64,000 nucleotides of DNA from a virus (IMGVR_UViG_3300021431_000076:256001-320000), one strand, 5' to 3'. Shown: positions 24,691 to 34,711, numbered from the stretch's first letter. Made by a program: numbers and translations. Notes: generated by a model not told the origin, from the letters alone.

Positions 24691-25254
24691 ATGAACAAAA
24701 TTTTATGTAAGTATATTAAAGACTATATCAAGAGATTAGAACATCAAGTTCTAACCTCTAATGAAAGTAATCTTAGAGTACACTTTGTATTTTTTCCTAA
24801 AGAGATAGAAAGATTAAAAATGAAATGGGAATATGCTAAAACTATAGGAAACTATACTACTGATAGAGGATTGATCTATTGTGATATGTATTTCAATATT
24901 CCTAAGATATCTAAGTTCTTATCTAGTGCTTATAAATATAATAATATATTAGAAAAAGAAGTAGTAGATTCATTTATAGAGAGAATATTCTATCATGAAT
25001 ATAGACACTATCAACAACTGAACTATATTAAGACTCTTCATAAACTAATAATGATACCAGATAAGATGAATGAAGTATTAGAAACAGATGCTGATAATTA
25101 TGCTATGATGAAGATAAAGAATAATCAAGATATATCAATAGAAGTACCAGATAAGATGATAAAGGATATGAAAGACTATATAAAAATCCTATATCATAAA
25201 AACCTCAATATAACGAGTTTAAACGTGTATAAGGGTACAACCATACTGACATAG
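24691..25254 (+). CDS. putative zinc metallopeptidase (HEYRH)
   Basis: IFYHEYRHYQQ...LETDADNYA. Confidence 0.55.
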   Translation: MNKILCKYIKDYIKRLEHQVLTSNESNLRVHFVFFPKEIERLKMKWEYAKTIGNYTTDRGLIYCDMYFNIPKISKFLSSAYKYNNILEKEVVDSFIERIFYHEYRHYQQLNYIKTLHKLIMIPDKMNEVLETDADNYAMMKIKNNQDISIEVPDKMIKDMKDYIKILYHKNLNITSLNVYKGTTILT

Positions 25255-25330
25255 TCGTATGAGAACGTTTTTAGCATATAAGGGTATCCAGAAGTTACCG
25301 ATAGTGGGAAGATCTGGAGACACATATATG
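25250..25330 (+). repeat. dispersed 80-bp element, copy B
   Basis: CATAGTCGT-N7-CGTTTTT...CAGAAGTT.CCGA..GTGGGAA..TCTGGAG.CACATATATG. Confidence 0.7.
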
Positions 25331-25354
25331 AAAAATTTAATAGGAGGAGAAAAA

Positions 25355-27730
25355 ATGAAAGAGAATATTGAGAATGTCAATATTGAAGTTCAATCTAGAG
25401 AGGATATGAAAGCATATGCTATTTATGTAGCAAGATGTAGAGCAATACCAGATGCTATAGATGGATTGAAACCAGTAATTAGAAGAATACTATGGTGTGT
25501 TGCTCATGACTTTAAAGGACAAGGTAGTGTTAAGACTGCAGCAGTATTAGGTGAAGTTATTAAGTCATATAATCCACATGGTGATACTTCAGTACATACA
25601 GCTATAAGAAATATGATTAATGATTTCAGTACTAAGTATCCTACAATGGTTGGTGTTGGTGGTTGGGGAAGTAAAGTAAATCCTAATATAGCAGCACCAC
25701 GATATTCTCATTGTGGAATATCTAAGTTTTCATTAGATGTATTCATGAGAGATATCATGGATGATAGAAGAGCAACAGACTGGATGAATAACTATTCTAA
25801 TACTAAACAAGAACCAGTATATCTTCCAGCTAAGATTCCTACATTACTTATATTAGGTCAGATGGGTATAGGTGTAGGAATGAAATCTTCTATTCCATCT
25901 CATAATCTAGGAGAAGTAATAGATACTACTATTAAGCTTATACAGAATCCTAGAGCTAAGTTCTGTTTGATTCCAGATGAGTGTATGCCATGTGAAATCA
26001 TAGATACAGATTGGCAAGCAATAAATGATAAAGGAAAAGGAAACTATATTGCTCAAGGGATAGTTGATATAGGGGAATATAACAACCATCCAGCATTATA
26101 TGTAAGATCTCTTCCAGACTTTACATTCTATGAATCTATCAAAGAAAATATATGCAAATTAGTAGAATCTAAGAAGATGCCATATATAATAGATTTGATT
26201 TCTAGAACTAAGACTGATCTTAAGTCTTTAGATAATAAGACTAAGTTTGAAGAGATTATAGTTCTTAAGAAAGGAACAGATCCTAACTTTGTAAAAGAGT
26301 TCTTATATGCTAATACACAGATGAGACAAACTAGACAAGTATCTGTGATTGTATTAGACCATAATCATCTTAAGGGATATAATTATAGACAGTATCTTTT
26401 AGGATTCATAGAATTTAGAAGAGCTTCTATAGCAAGATCTCTAAATGCTAGATTGCAGAAATGCAATACTATCATTCATCAGAAGATTCCATATCTTAAG
26501 TTATTGAACTCTAAAGATTGTGATAAGATTATATCTGCAATCAGATCTCAATCTGGAACAGATGATCAGAAACTTATAGATTATCTGATTAAGAAACTTA
26601 ATATAACTCCATTACAAGCATCTTATCTTATAGATCTTAAATTAAAGAACTTATCTAAAGGATATCTACAGAAAGCAGCAGAAGATGTAAAAAGATATCA
26701 AGCAGAAGCTAATCGAATAATGGATATCTTGTTAGATCCTAAGAAGATAGATAAGGTAATGATAGATCAGATGCTAGAGATAAAAGCTAAGTATAATTCT
26801 CCTATACTTAGAAAGATGATATCTAAAGGTCAAGCATCTGGTATAGCTCCTGGTACATTCAAACTTGTATTTACTAAGAAGAACTTTATAAGAAAAATAG
26901 GAGAGAATGAACTTATAGGTTCTCTTGGTAATGATGAGTATAACTTCTCTTTGATATCTGAAAATCAAGATAATATTATGGTCTTTAGTGTATTAGGAAA
27001 AGTATTCAAGATTCCTACTCATAAGATTCCTATAACAGCTAAAGGATCTAATGGTATGGATATAAGATTACTCAACAAGTATGCTACGAGTAATATGTGT
27101 TGTGCTGCTACTGAGAGTTTATTAACTGCTTTCAGTAAAAAATCTAAGATGCATAATTTCATATTCGTATGTACTAGAAATGGATATATTAAGAAGATAG
27201 ATATAGCAGATATATTAACAGCTCCCACTAGTGGAATAATATATTCTAAAGTAGAAGAAGGAGATTATGTACAATCTATCTTGTTTGGTCCAGATAAGAT
27301 GGATCTCTTAGTATTAATGGGAAATAAAGTATTAAGAGTTCCTGGTAAACAAATTCCATATCTTAAGAGATCTACCAGAGGAGCTAGAATATCTACTGGT
27401 ACTTCATTAATAGATTCTATGAGCTTTATTAATCCTAATTGCATAGATTTGGTTGTAGTAACTAAATCTGGTATGGTTAATAAGTTAGGGATTAATACAA
27501 TAGAACCTAGTAATAGAGGTAGAGCAGGTATAAAAGTGATCAAATTAAAGAAAGATGATCAAATTATATCTGCTATTCCAGCATTACCTAATTCTAGTTT
27601 AGTAGTATATGAAGGTGGAAGAAGCAATACTGTTATAAAGCTTGATAATATTCCTTATGGTACTACTGCTAGTGCTGGAGTTAAGTTATTAAAGAATCCT
27701 ATAAGAGTGATGGTAAGTCAGAATCAATAA
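25355..27730 (+). CDS. gyrA: DNA gyrase/topoisomerase IV subunit A
   Basis: RAIPDAIDGLKPVIRRIL, YNPHGD, catalytic AAPRY, IPSHNL; C-terminal beta-pinwheel repeats. Confidence 0.88.
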   Translation: MKENIENVNIEVQSREDMKAYAIYVARCRAIPDAIDGLKPVIRRILWCVAHDFKGQGSVKTAAVLGEVIKSYNPHGDTSVHTAIRNMINDFSTKYPTMVGVGGWGSKVNPNIAAPRYSHCGISKFSLDVFMRDIMDDRRATDWMNNYSNTKQEPVYLPAKIPTLLILGQMGIGVGMKSSIPSHNLGEVIDTTIKLIQNPRAKFCLIPDECMPCEIIDTDWQAINDKGKGNYIAQGIVDIGEYNNHPALYVRSLPDFTFYESIKENICKLVESKKMPYIIDLISRTKTDLKSLDNKTKFEEIIVLKKGTDPNFVKEFLYANTQMRQTRQVSVIVLDHNHLKGYNYRQYLLGFIEFRRASIARSLNARLQKCNTIIHQKIPYLKLLNSKDCDKIISAIRSQSGTDDQKLIDYLIKKLNITPLQASYLIDLKLKNLSKGYLQKAAEDVKRYQAEANRIMDILLDPKKIDKVMIDQMLEIKAKYNSPILRKMISKGQASGIAPGTFKLVFTKKNFIRKIGENELIGSLGNDEYNFSLISENQDNIMVFSVLGKVFKIPTHKIPITAKGSNGMDIRLLNKYATSNMCCAATESLLTAFSKKSKMHNFIFVCTRNGYIKKIDIADILTAPTSGIIYSKVEEGDYVQSILFGPDKMDLLVLMGNKVLRVPGKQIPYLKRSTRGARISTGTSLIDSMSFINPNCIDLVVVTKSGMVNKLGINTIEPSNRGRAGIKVIKLKKDDQIISAIPALPNSSLVVYEGGRSNTVIKLDNIPYGTTASAGVKLLKNPIRVMVSQNQ

Positions 27731-27744
27731 GAGGAGATTTCAAT

Positions 27745-28059
27745 ATGGAGTATATTTATAAAGAAGAGATAATGGATATACTTGGTTTAGACAAGAACAA
27801 AGCAGGAGATTGGAAAACATATTTTGAGTTATTTGAAACAGCATCAGATGATATCATATATGGGAAACCAAAATTTATACAAAAAGATATAGGATATAGC
27901 TCTTCAGAATATATAAAAAAGAGAAAGAAGTATAAGAGCAATGAACTTCCAACTTTATTAAAAGGATATGAATATCTAAGTAAAGCTATGGTAAAACTTA
28001 TGATCATGAGAGCAGATACAGAAAAAGCTAGAAAACAAAGATTGAAATCAGTGTTTTAA
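27745..28059 (+). CDS. hypothetical protein
   Basis: SD GAGGAG. Confidence 0.6.
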   Translation: MEYIYKEEIMDILGLDKNKAGDWKTYFELFETASDDIIYGKPKFIQKDIGYSSSEYIKKRKKYKSNELPTLLKGYEYLSKAMVKLMIMRADTEKARKQRLKSVF

Positions 28060-28132
28060 TAATCAATATCAGTAGAAGAGAAATCCTCTACTGATTTAAT
28101 TATATACTATATAGATGAGGAGGAGATGCAAA

Positions 28133-28528
28133 ATGGAAAAGCAATCCATATTGAATGAATTATATCTTTTAGATAAGGGGGTTAGAGATTGTTTCTGTGA
28201 GACAGTTATAGATCCTGAAGATTTAGACTTCATCATTGAAGAAGCTGTACATCATAATTACTATGTATATACTCATGAATTTGAGGATAAGTGTGATAAA
28301 AAAACAATCTATATTGCTTATGTATGTAAATACAACTATCAGAAGATTATGCTGCATAAAATGTATACAGACTCAAATATAGACAAATTCACCAAAGAGT
28401 ATATAGAAGGAACTTTATTAGGCTATTCTGCTCAATCAATGGAAGAATATCTAATAAAAATGATAGTAAATGATAGTATTGATCCTGTTGAAAGTGGGAA
28501 ACCTGTTAAAATATCTGCTCCAGTATAA
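28133..28528 (+). CDS. hypothetical early protein
   Basis: early promoter 28101, SD GAGGAGG. Confidence 0.6.
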   Translation: MEKQSILNELYLLDKGVRDCFCETVIDPEDLDFIIEEAVHHNYYVYTHEFEDKCDKKTIYIAYVCKYNYQKIMLHKMYTDSNIDKFTKEYIEGTLLGYSAQSMEEYLIKMIVNDSIDPVESGKPVKISAPV

Positions 28529-28663
28529 TAACTAAATAGCAGAGGACTTCTCCTCTGCTATTTTTTTTGATATTGATAATAAACATACTAACTAACACTT
28601 AGGTGTCAGAGACAAAACAATAACTAAATGGTATCTAATTATTTAAGAAGGGATGATGATAAG

Positions 28664-31408
28664 ATGAAGAAACCGATTAAGAAAAAATTGGCATTGGCAG
28701 TAGCTCTTAGTCTTATGACTAGTGGTACTTGCTTCGCTTTGCCAAAAGGAGAGAATGTTCGATCTGGTGATGCAGTCATAACTAGAGTTGGTAATGATAT
28801 GAATATTACCCATACTGGTAAAACTGCTATTGATTGGACCTCTTTCAGTATTGGTGCTGGAGAAAAAGTAAACTTTATTCAAAATGGAGGTATAGCTCTT
28901 AATAGAGTTATTAGTAATAATCCTTCTAATATCCTTGGTCAATTAAATGCTGATGGTACTGTAATACTTCTCAATCCTAATGGTATTCTTTTTGGTAATG
29001 GTGCAGTTATTAATGCTGGATCTTTCTATGCATCTACTGCAAAAGTATCTGATGATTTCATGGACAAATTTAGTACTATGAATTTAGATATGAGTAAATA
29101 TAAAGACGTTATGTTTACTTATGTAACAGATACTGATGGTAGTGTAATCAATGTAGATGGTATTGTTAAAGCAGATAAGCTAGAAATCTCTAACAATGGT
29201 AAGCTCTATTTGAAGAGTGATGGCAAAGTAGAAACCTCTGGTCTTATTAATACTACCAATCTTGCTATTGGTGGTACAAAAGACGTAGATATCAATTCTC
29301 AGATAGAAAATACTGGTGAATTAGTATTAGGATCTAAGAGAAATCTTAATGTTAAGAATACTTTAACTTCTACTGGTGATATCACTCTTATTGGTGATCT
29401 TGATAAAGATGGTAAAGGTATGGTTGACCTTGAAGCCGATGTTAAAACTGGTGGTAATTTTGTATCTTATGCTCCTTCTACTGGTACTTATGCTAAGTAT
29501 GAAGGTGGTGAAGGTAAGATTGATGCAGAGAATGGTACTACTACTTTCTATGGTAATGTTGCTGTAGATAATAGTACTATGAATATTACTACTAAAGATT
29601 TTAAAGTTGTTAGTGGTAATGTAGATTCTGCTAACTCTTATAAGATTCTTGCTAATATTAATAGAAATGGAACTTTTGTAAAGGATAATCCAGATATCAA
29701 GAACATCGCTAAGTATTATTATGATGGCAATCTTAAAAATGTAGTATATAAAGATTTTGAAGATCTTACTGAAGCAGAATACAATACTATCAAAAATAGA
29801 TGCCTTGATACTTATCAGGGATATAAACATAGAACTCTTCCTACTACAGAAGAAGCTACTAGAGAAGCAGTAAAGGCTTATTTCAATACTTATGTAAAGA
29901 TTAATGGTCTTACTGAAGCTACAGATTTTGATAATCTGACTGATACTCAGTATACTCAGTTAGCTAAACATATTCTAGATACTCATAACTATACTGAAAC
30001 TGACAATAGAGAATCTATTCTCAATAACTGGGGTAATGCTGTAGAATCATCTAAAGAAGGATCTGCAGGTGGAGCAGATGTTGGTGATAAGTACTTATCT
30101 ACTATTACTGATTCTCTCGAAAACTGGAGAGTTACTTCTATGATTGAAGATCAAGGTCTAAAAGGATATGAATATCTTCTTGGTGGCAGAACAGCTATAG
30201 TTGGCAAAAATGTTAAAGATGGTAGAGAGTTCTATTGGCTTACTGGTATTGAAGGTGCAAAGAATAATGGTGCTGGTACTAAATTCTTCACATCTTCTGG
30301 TATAGGTAAAGGTACAACTCATACATATGCTGCTTGGTCTAAAGATCCTAAAGGATTATTCAATTATTTATTTGATGAACCAAATAACAATGGTACATAT
30401 GATCAACCTTATGTAGCTATTGGTTGGCATGATATTACTGGTAATGGTTGGGCTGATGTAGATCAGCAGAAAAATACTGTTAGAGGTCTTGTTCAGGAAA
30501 ATAACAATGTACGTTCAATTATCAATGTTACTTTAACTGGCGATACTGAAACTGGTACTATTGATGGCAAAGTTGGTGATTCTGTTCCTATAACTATCAA
30601 TTATTTTAGACCACAACAGGATCCTGAGCCTGTTAACCCTGAACCTGTAAATCCAGAACCTCAAAACCCAGATCCAGTGAATCCTGAACCAGTCAATCCT
30701 GATCCAGTGAACCCAGAGCCTGTAGATCCTGAACCTCAAAATCCAGAGCCTGTAGATCCAGAACCACAAAACCCAGATCCAGTGAATCCTGATCCTCAAA
30801 ATCCTGAACCTGTAAATCCAGAACCACAAAACCCAGATCCAGTGAATCCTGAACCAGTCAATCCTGATCCAGTGAACCCAGAGCCTGTAGATCCTGAACC
30901 TCAAAACCCCGAACCAGTAAATCCAGAGCCTGTAGATCCAGAACCTACTCCTGGTCCAGTAGATCCAACTCCAACTATTCCAGAAAAACCATATACTAAT
31001 GATGATAACAATAATGGTCCTTCAGTTCCTGAAGAAAAAGGTGTTATCATCCTCAATGAAAAGAATGGTAATATTGAAGCTCAAGGTAAATATGAAGTCT
31101 TTGTAGATGATAGCAATCATATTACTATGAGACAACTTCAAAAGAAACCTTCTGTTTCTTCTAATCTAAATGAAGGAACATTGGTTAAACAGACTGTTAC
31201 TGTTGATGGTGGTAAATATGAAGTAGGTTATAATGGTTCCCTACTTAGTATTGAACCTATTAACAAAACTGCACAGAAGACAGTTCAGCAAGGAAACGAC
31301 GACGTTAAGCATAATGTGGATGTTATTCTTAAGGTGATGAACGCTTCCTTTAGCGATACTGGCTTAGATGTAGAAACACTCAATTATATTTGCATTCATA
31401 TTAAATAA
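28664..31408 (+). CDS. filamentous-haemagglutinin (TPS secretion domain) exoprotein with a C-type lectin-like domain and Pro-rich linker
   Basis: Sec signal MKKPIKKKLALAVALSL..CFA; LNRVISNNPSNILGQL...LLNPNGILFG TPS motif; YLSTIT..EN, FYWLTG, YAAW, EPNN and WAD lectin-like motifs. Confidence 0.8.
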   Translation: MKKPIKKKLALAVALSLMTSGTCFALPKGENVRSGDAVITRVGNDMNITHTGKTAIDWTSFSIGAGEKVNFIQNGGIALNRVISNNPSNILGQLNADGTVILLNPNGILFGNGAVINAGSFYASTAKVSDDFMDKFSTMNLDMSKYKDVMFTYVTDTDGSVINVDGIVKADKLEISNNGKLYLKSDGKVETSGLINTTNLAIGGTKDVDINSQIENTGELVLGSKRNLNVKNTLTSTGDITLIGDLDKDGKGMVDLEADVKTGGNFVSYAPSTGTYAKYEGGEGKIDAENGTTTFYGNVAVDNSTMNITTKDFKVVSGNVDSANSYKILANINRNGTFVKDNPDIKNIAKYYYDGNLKNVVYKDFEDLTEAEYNTIKNRCLDTYQGYKHRTLPTTEEATREAVKAYFNTYVKINGLTEATDFDNLTDTQYTQLAKHILDTHNYTETDNRESILNNWGNAVESSKEGSAGGADVGDKYLSTITDSLENWRVTSMIEDQGLKGYEYLLGGRTAIVGKNVKDGREFYWLTGIEGAKNNGAGTKFFTSSGIGKGTTHTYAAWSKDPKGLFNYLFDEPNNNGTYDQPYVAIGWHDITGNGWADVDQQKNTVRGLVQENNNVRSIINVTLTGDTETGTIDGKVGDSVPITINYFRPQQDPEPVNPEPVNPEPQNPDPVNPEPVNPDPVNPEPVDPEPQNPEPVDPEPQNPDPVNPDPQNPEPVNPEPQNPDPVNPEPVNPDPVNPEPVDPEPQNPEPVNPEPVDPEPTPGPVDPTPTIPEKPYTNDDNNNGPSVPEEKGVIILNEKNGNIEAQGKYEVFVDDSNHITMRQLQKKPSVSSNLNEGTLVKQTVTVDGGKYEVGYNGSLLSIEPINKTAQKTVQQGNDDVKHNVDVILKVMNASFSDTGLDVETLNYICIHIK
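30620..30976 (+). repeat. 15-bp coding tandem repeat P-(V/Q)-(N/D)-P-(E/D)
   Basis: more than 20 consecutive pentapeptide units. Confidence 0.9.
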
Positions 31409-31500
31409 TTCAAACACTTAAAAATCAGTAGGGAGAAATCCCTACTGATTTTCTAATATTAAAAATAAGCATATACTATTTTAATAGATAGAGAAAGGAG

Positions 31501-32187
31501 GTGATAAGAATGAATATAACTTTTAGACAGCATTTAATAGAGAATATAGGATGTACTTGGTTTTGGTTTCCTAAACATAGAATAGATGCATTTCTTAAAA
31601 ATGAAATATTTCTAGATTTTATATTAGGATATCAAAGAATAAGTGGAGATAAAGAATTATGGAGAATGCATAGAGAGGGACTTAAACATGAATGCGAAAA
31701 AATATTAAACATCTTAGATCCAATTGTAAATAATGAAGAAGATTACGATAACTGTAGAAAAATAGATATAGGAATGCTTAAATCCATCTTCTGCGTAAAT
31801 TTATATCCTATTCTTAAAGATGAAGAAAAATATAATGTATTAAAGGAGTTGATGACTGCTTATATACGAGAATTCTCTGATGCTGGATTTCTTTATTATG
31901 AAATGGGTAGATGCTTGATGAATAGTGATAATGATACTTATGAAAAATTGCTATATAAATCAAGACAAATATACCCATATAATCATTCTGAAAGCAGAAG
32001 TAGTTCATTAAGAAATATTATAGAGAGTTTTCAGTACACTTTATTGAAATTACATCCTTGGATATTGATCTTTGTAGATGTAGACGATATCATGGTATCA
32101 GACAAGCATCTAAAAATAGTGTTTCAAAAATTAGGAGATCAAATACACATATTTAACAATATGCCAGATTGGTTTCTTGGGTTATAA
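31501..32187 (+). CDS. hypothetical early protein
   Basis: early promoter 31470; SD AAGGAGG favours ATG 31510. Confidence 0.6.
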   Translation: MIRMNITFRQHLIENIGCTWFWFPKHRIDAFLKNEIFLDFILGYQRISGDKELWRMHREGLKHECEKILNILDPIVNNEEDYDNCRKIDIGMLKSIFCVNLYPILKDEEKYNVLKELMTAYIREFSDAGFLYYEMGRCLMNSDNDTYEKLLYKSRQIYPYNHSESRSSSLRNIIESFQYTLLKLHPWILIFVDVDDIMVSDKHLKIVFQKLGDQIHIFNNMPDWFLGL

Positions 32188-32204
32188 AAGAAGGAGAAAG
32201 TAAA

Positions 32205-32687
32205 ATGAAAGAGAAAATTGATTTAAGTATCTACTTATTCAAAGTAGATCTTCCTAGAAAGAAATTGAAGAAGCTTGGTATAAACAGGTATACTGGTATG
32301 ATTAAAGGAGACGACAAATTCTGTTCTATGCCAGAATCATATAATAGGCTTGGTTATACCATCTATATGATGAAAGATCTTCTTACTTGTTGTATAAGTA
32401 AAGAAGATGGCACTATAGATCATGAAGGATTAGATTTATGGATTCATGATAGCTGGAAAGAAATCACTGATGAATTTGAAGATATTATGCTTGACAATAA
32501 ATCTATTGAATATACAAAGAAAAGAATTAGTACTACAGTTAACATTGATAATCAAGGAATGGAAGTGTTTGATAAGCATAAAATGAAATGCCCTTGGTCT
32601 GAGGCATCTACTACTCCTAAGATTAGAAATGCTAGAAATCGTAATGTAGTAAAGGCATACAACTTATCTTATATGGGTACATTTTAA
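32205..32687 (+). CDS. hypothetical protein (start revised)
   Basis: SD AAGGAG before ATG 32205. Confidence 0.6.
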   Translation: MKEKIDLSIYLFKVDLPRKKLKKLGINRYTGMIKGDDKFCSMPESYNRLGYTIYMMKDLLTCCISKEDGTIDHEGLDLWIHDSWKEITDEFEDIMLDNKSIEYTKKRISTTVNIDNQGMEVFDKHKMKCPWSEASTTPKIRNARNRNVVKAYNLSYMGTF

Positions 32688-32702
32688 AAGGAGATATAGA
32701 AA

Positions 32703-33269
32703 TTGATTGAAGAAAAGAACATGGAACAAAACTTTGAAAAATTTAAAGAAAAAGAGTTGAACTTTATTAAAGATCTTTACTTTGGTAATGATAATAAAGA
32801 TAAAAACAGTTTTGAATGTGATTTAAATGAATATGGTTTCTTGAATGATGATCATCTTGAAAGATTTAGATCATGTTTTAATAGATACTATAGTAGTACT
32901 ATCAATGCTAAGTTTGGTTATATTGATAAGATGGATACAGTACATTTTATCTTACAAAGAAATAAGTATTGTTTCCTCATGAGTTTGTTTAAAGGTTTAA
33001 TGTCTGCTTATTATAGCCATAGCATTACTAAAGATCAATTAAAAGAAGAGTTTAAGAAACTCTTTGATGAAGAATTTTATAGAGTTCCTATCTTTATGAA
33101 AGAAGAATGGGATAACTATGATGTATTCGATATCAAGAATAAACTGTATATTGCTGCTAGACAAGAATTAGATTCATATATAAATGAATATCCTAGTTTG
33201 TTAGGTAAACATTACAAACAGGTTATGTATGAAATTCTTACTAGAAGTATTGAGTGTGATATGTATTAA
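32703..33269 (+). CDS. hypothetical protein
   Basis: SD AAGGAG; terminator 33281-33315. Confidence 0.6.
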   Translation: MIEEKNMEQNFEKFKEKELNFIKDLYFGNDNKDKNSFECDLNEYGFLNDDHLERFRSCFNRYYSSTINAKFGYIDKMDTVHFILQRNKYCFLMSLFKGLMSAYYSHSITKDQLKEEFKKLFDEEFYRVPIFMKEEWDNYDVFDIKNKLYIAARQELDSYINEYPSLLGKHYKQVMYEILTRSIECDMY

Positions 33270-33353
33270 GGAATGAAGGTATCTCATGGTCATATGACCA
33301 TGAGATGTTTTTTTTTGTTTGACTTTTAGATAATACTAGAAAGGAGAGATAAA

Positions 33354-34709
33354 ATGGCTATCCTTGAAGATTATGAACATATAAAGGCTTATTATACAGG
33401 AACTGGGAGATGGGGTATTTTAGGAAATTTTACTTTCTCTGTTCCTGAAAATGCTGTAGAACTACCTTGGAAATATGTCCCTTCGTATGATGCTATAACT
33501 GATGGTAATGGAAATGCAATTTGTTCATCTACTTGTAGACATAATAGTTCTTTAATGTATTATACTGAATCCCCAAATTCAACAGCTGGTTGGTTTTATT
33601 TTATTAATGTAAATGGTTTATGGATTGCAGATAGACCAGTAATAACTTATGTAACTTGGGATGAATTAGATGCCGCTGGATATACAAATGGCGATTTAAG
33701 ATTGCTAACATATGAAGAATATGGACAAACAATATCACAAAATCCTGATCCTGCTATATGGAATAATATACCACAATATAGCAGTCTAGGAGATTATAAA
33801 GGTGCATATGGTGAATGGACATCAACTCCACATCCTTCTGATAATAATATGATTACTTGTATCAGTAATCTTAAACAAGAGAGTGATGGAGATAAAATTT
33901 GCTATGGAGATTACTATTATACTCAAACAGCTAATAAATATAATTCTAAATCAATAAGAAATTTTTTAAATGGTGCAAATAATGGCATAGGACAATATAT
34001 ACCAGCTGTGTATAGACCTGTATTTGATGATGAAAATCTTATAAGTAAAATAAATATTACGGCGACTTATCCTAAGAAACTCTGGAAAAGCTTTGCTATC
34101 ATGGACTATCCAATGGCTGGTGGAAACACATCAAACAAAGCTACATCTCCAGCAAAAGTGGATTTTTCTAAATTGGCTGGTTCATATGATAAATCAATGG
34201 ATGCTTGGTATCTTAATGGATTAGCATCTGTAAGAAACTACGCAATGGACCTCACTGGAGATTTTATTTTACAATTTGATTATTATTTAGATTCTACTAA
34301 TTATCATGTACCTATTGGTGGCTGGAGCTGGTTCTGGTTTGATATATTTGCATTTGGTACTCATAATAATGGTGGAGATAAACCTACTGCAGCAATATCA
34401 GTATACAAGAATAGAGCAGTTACTACTATTTATAATTTTTCTGAAGGAGAGGCTGATGCTAATTTATATCACAAATGGCATACATTTACTATTAAAGGCA
34501 CCAAAGGAGACAATACAGAATTTTACCTAGATGGACAACTTAAAAATAGAATAAGTAATTTAGGAATACAAAATGATTTCTATTTAAATGGTAAATGTAG
34601 TGGAGAAGTTTTCTCTTCATATATTAGAAATTTTAAATTCGCTATAGGAAAAAATTCAATTGATCTTTATAGAGTATTAATAGATAATTTTAAATTGGAT
34701 GGTGAATAG
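33354..34709 (+). CDS. putative tail/receptor-binding protein: N-terminal domain shared with 34712, C-terminal LamG/concanavalin-like domain shared with 36027
   Basis: late promoter GACT-TTTAGA-TA at 33321; WHTFTIKG..TEFYLDG...YIRNFKF LamG-like pattern. Confidence 0.55.
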   Translation: MAILEDYEHIKAYYTGTGRWGILGNFTFSVPENAVELPWKYVPSYDAITDGNGNAICSSTCRHNSSLMYYTESPNSTAGWFYFINVNGLWIADRPVITYVTWDELDAAGYTNGDLRLLTYEEYGQTISQNPDPAIWNNIPQYSSLGDYKGAYGEWTSTPHPSDNNMITCISNLKQESDGDKICYGDYYYTQTANKYNSKSIRNFLNGANNGIGQYIPAVYRPVFDDENLISKINITATYPKKLWKSFAIMDYPMAGGNTSNKATSPAKVDFSKLAGSYDKSMDAWYLNGLASVRNYAMDLTGDFILQFDYYLDSTNYHVPIGGWSWFWFDIFAFGTHNNGGDKPTAAISVYKNRAVTTIYNFSEGEADANLYHKWHTFTIKGTKGDNTEFYLDGQLKNRISNLGIQNDFYLNGKCSGEVFSSYIRNFKFAIGKNSIDLYRVLIDNFKLDGE

Positions 34710-34711
34710 AT

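Noticed and set aside
25259-25354. 5-prime extensions of ORFs in the track (also 1214, 23981, 38754, 40101, 46560, 49491, 60923)
   Set aside because: Downstream ATGs have proper SD sites, and the extensions cross promoters, hairpins or upstream genes.
30533-30904. Minus-strand 123-aa W/R/I-rich ORF
   Set aside because: It is the antisense shadow of the Pro-rich tandem repeat.
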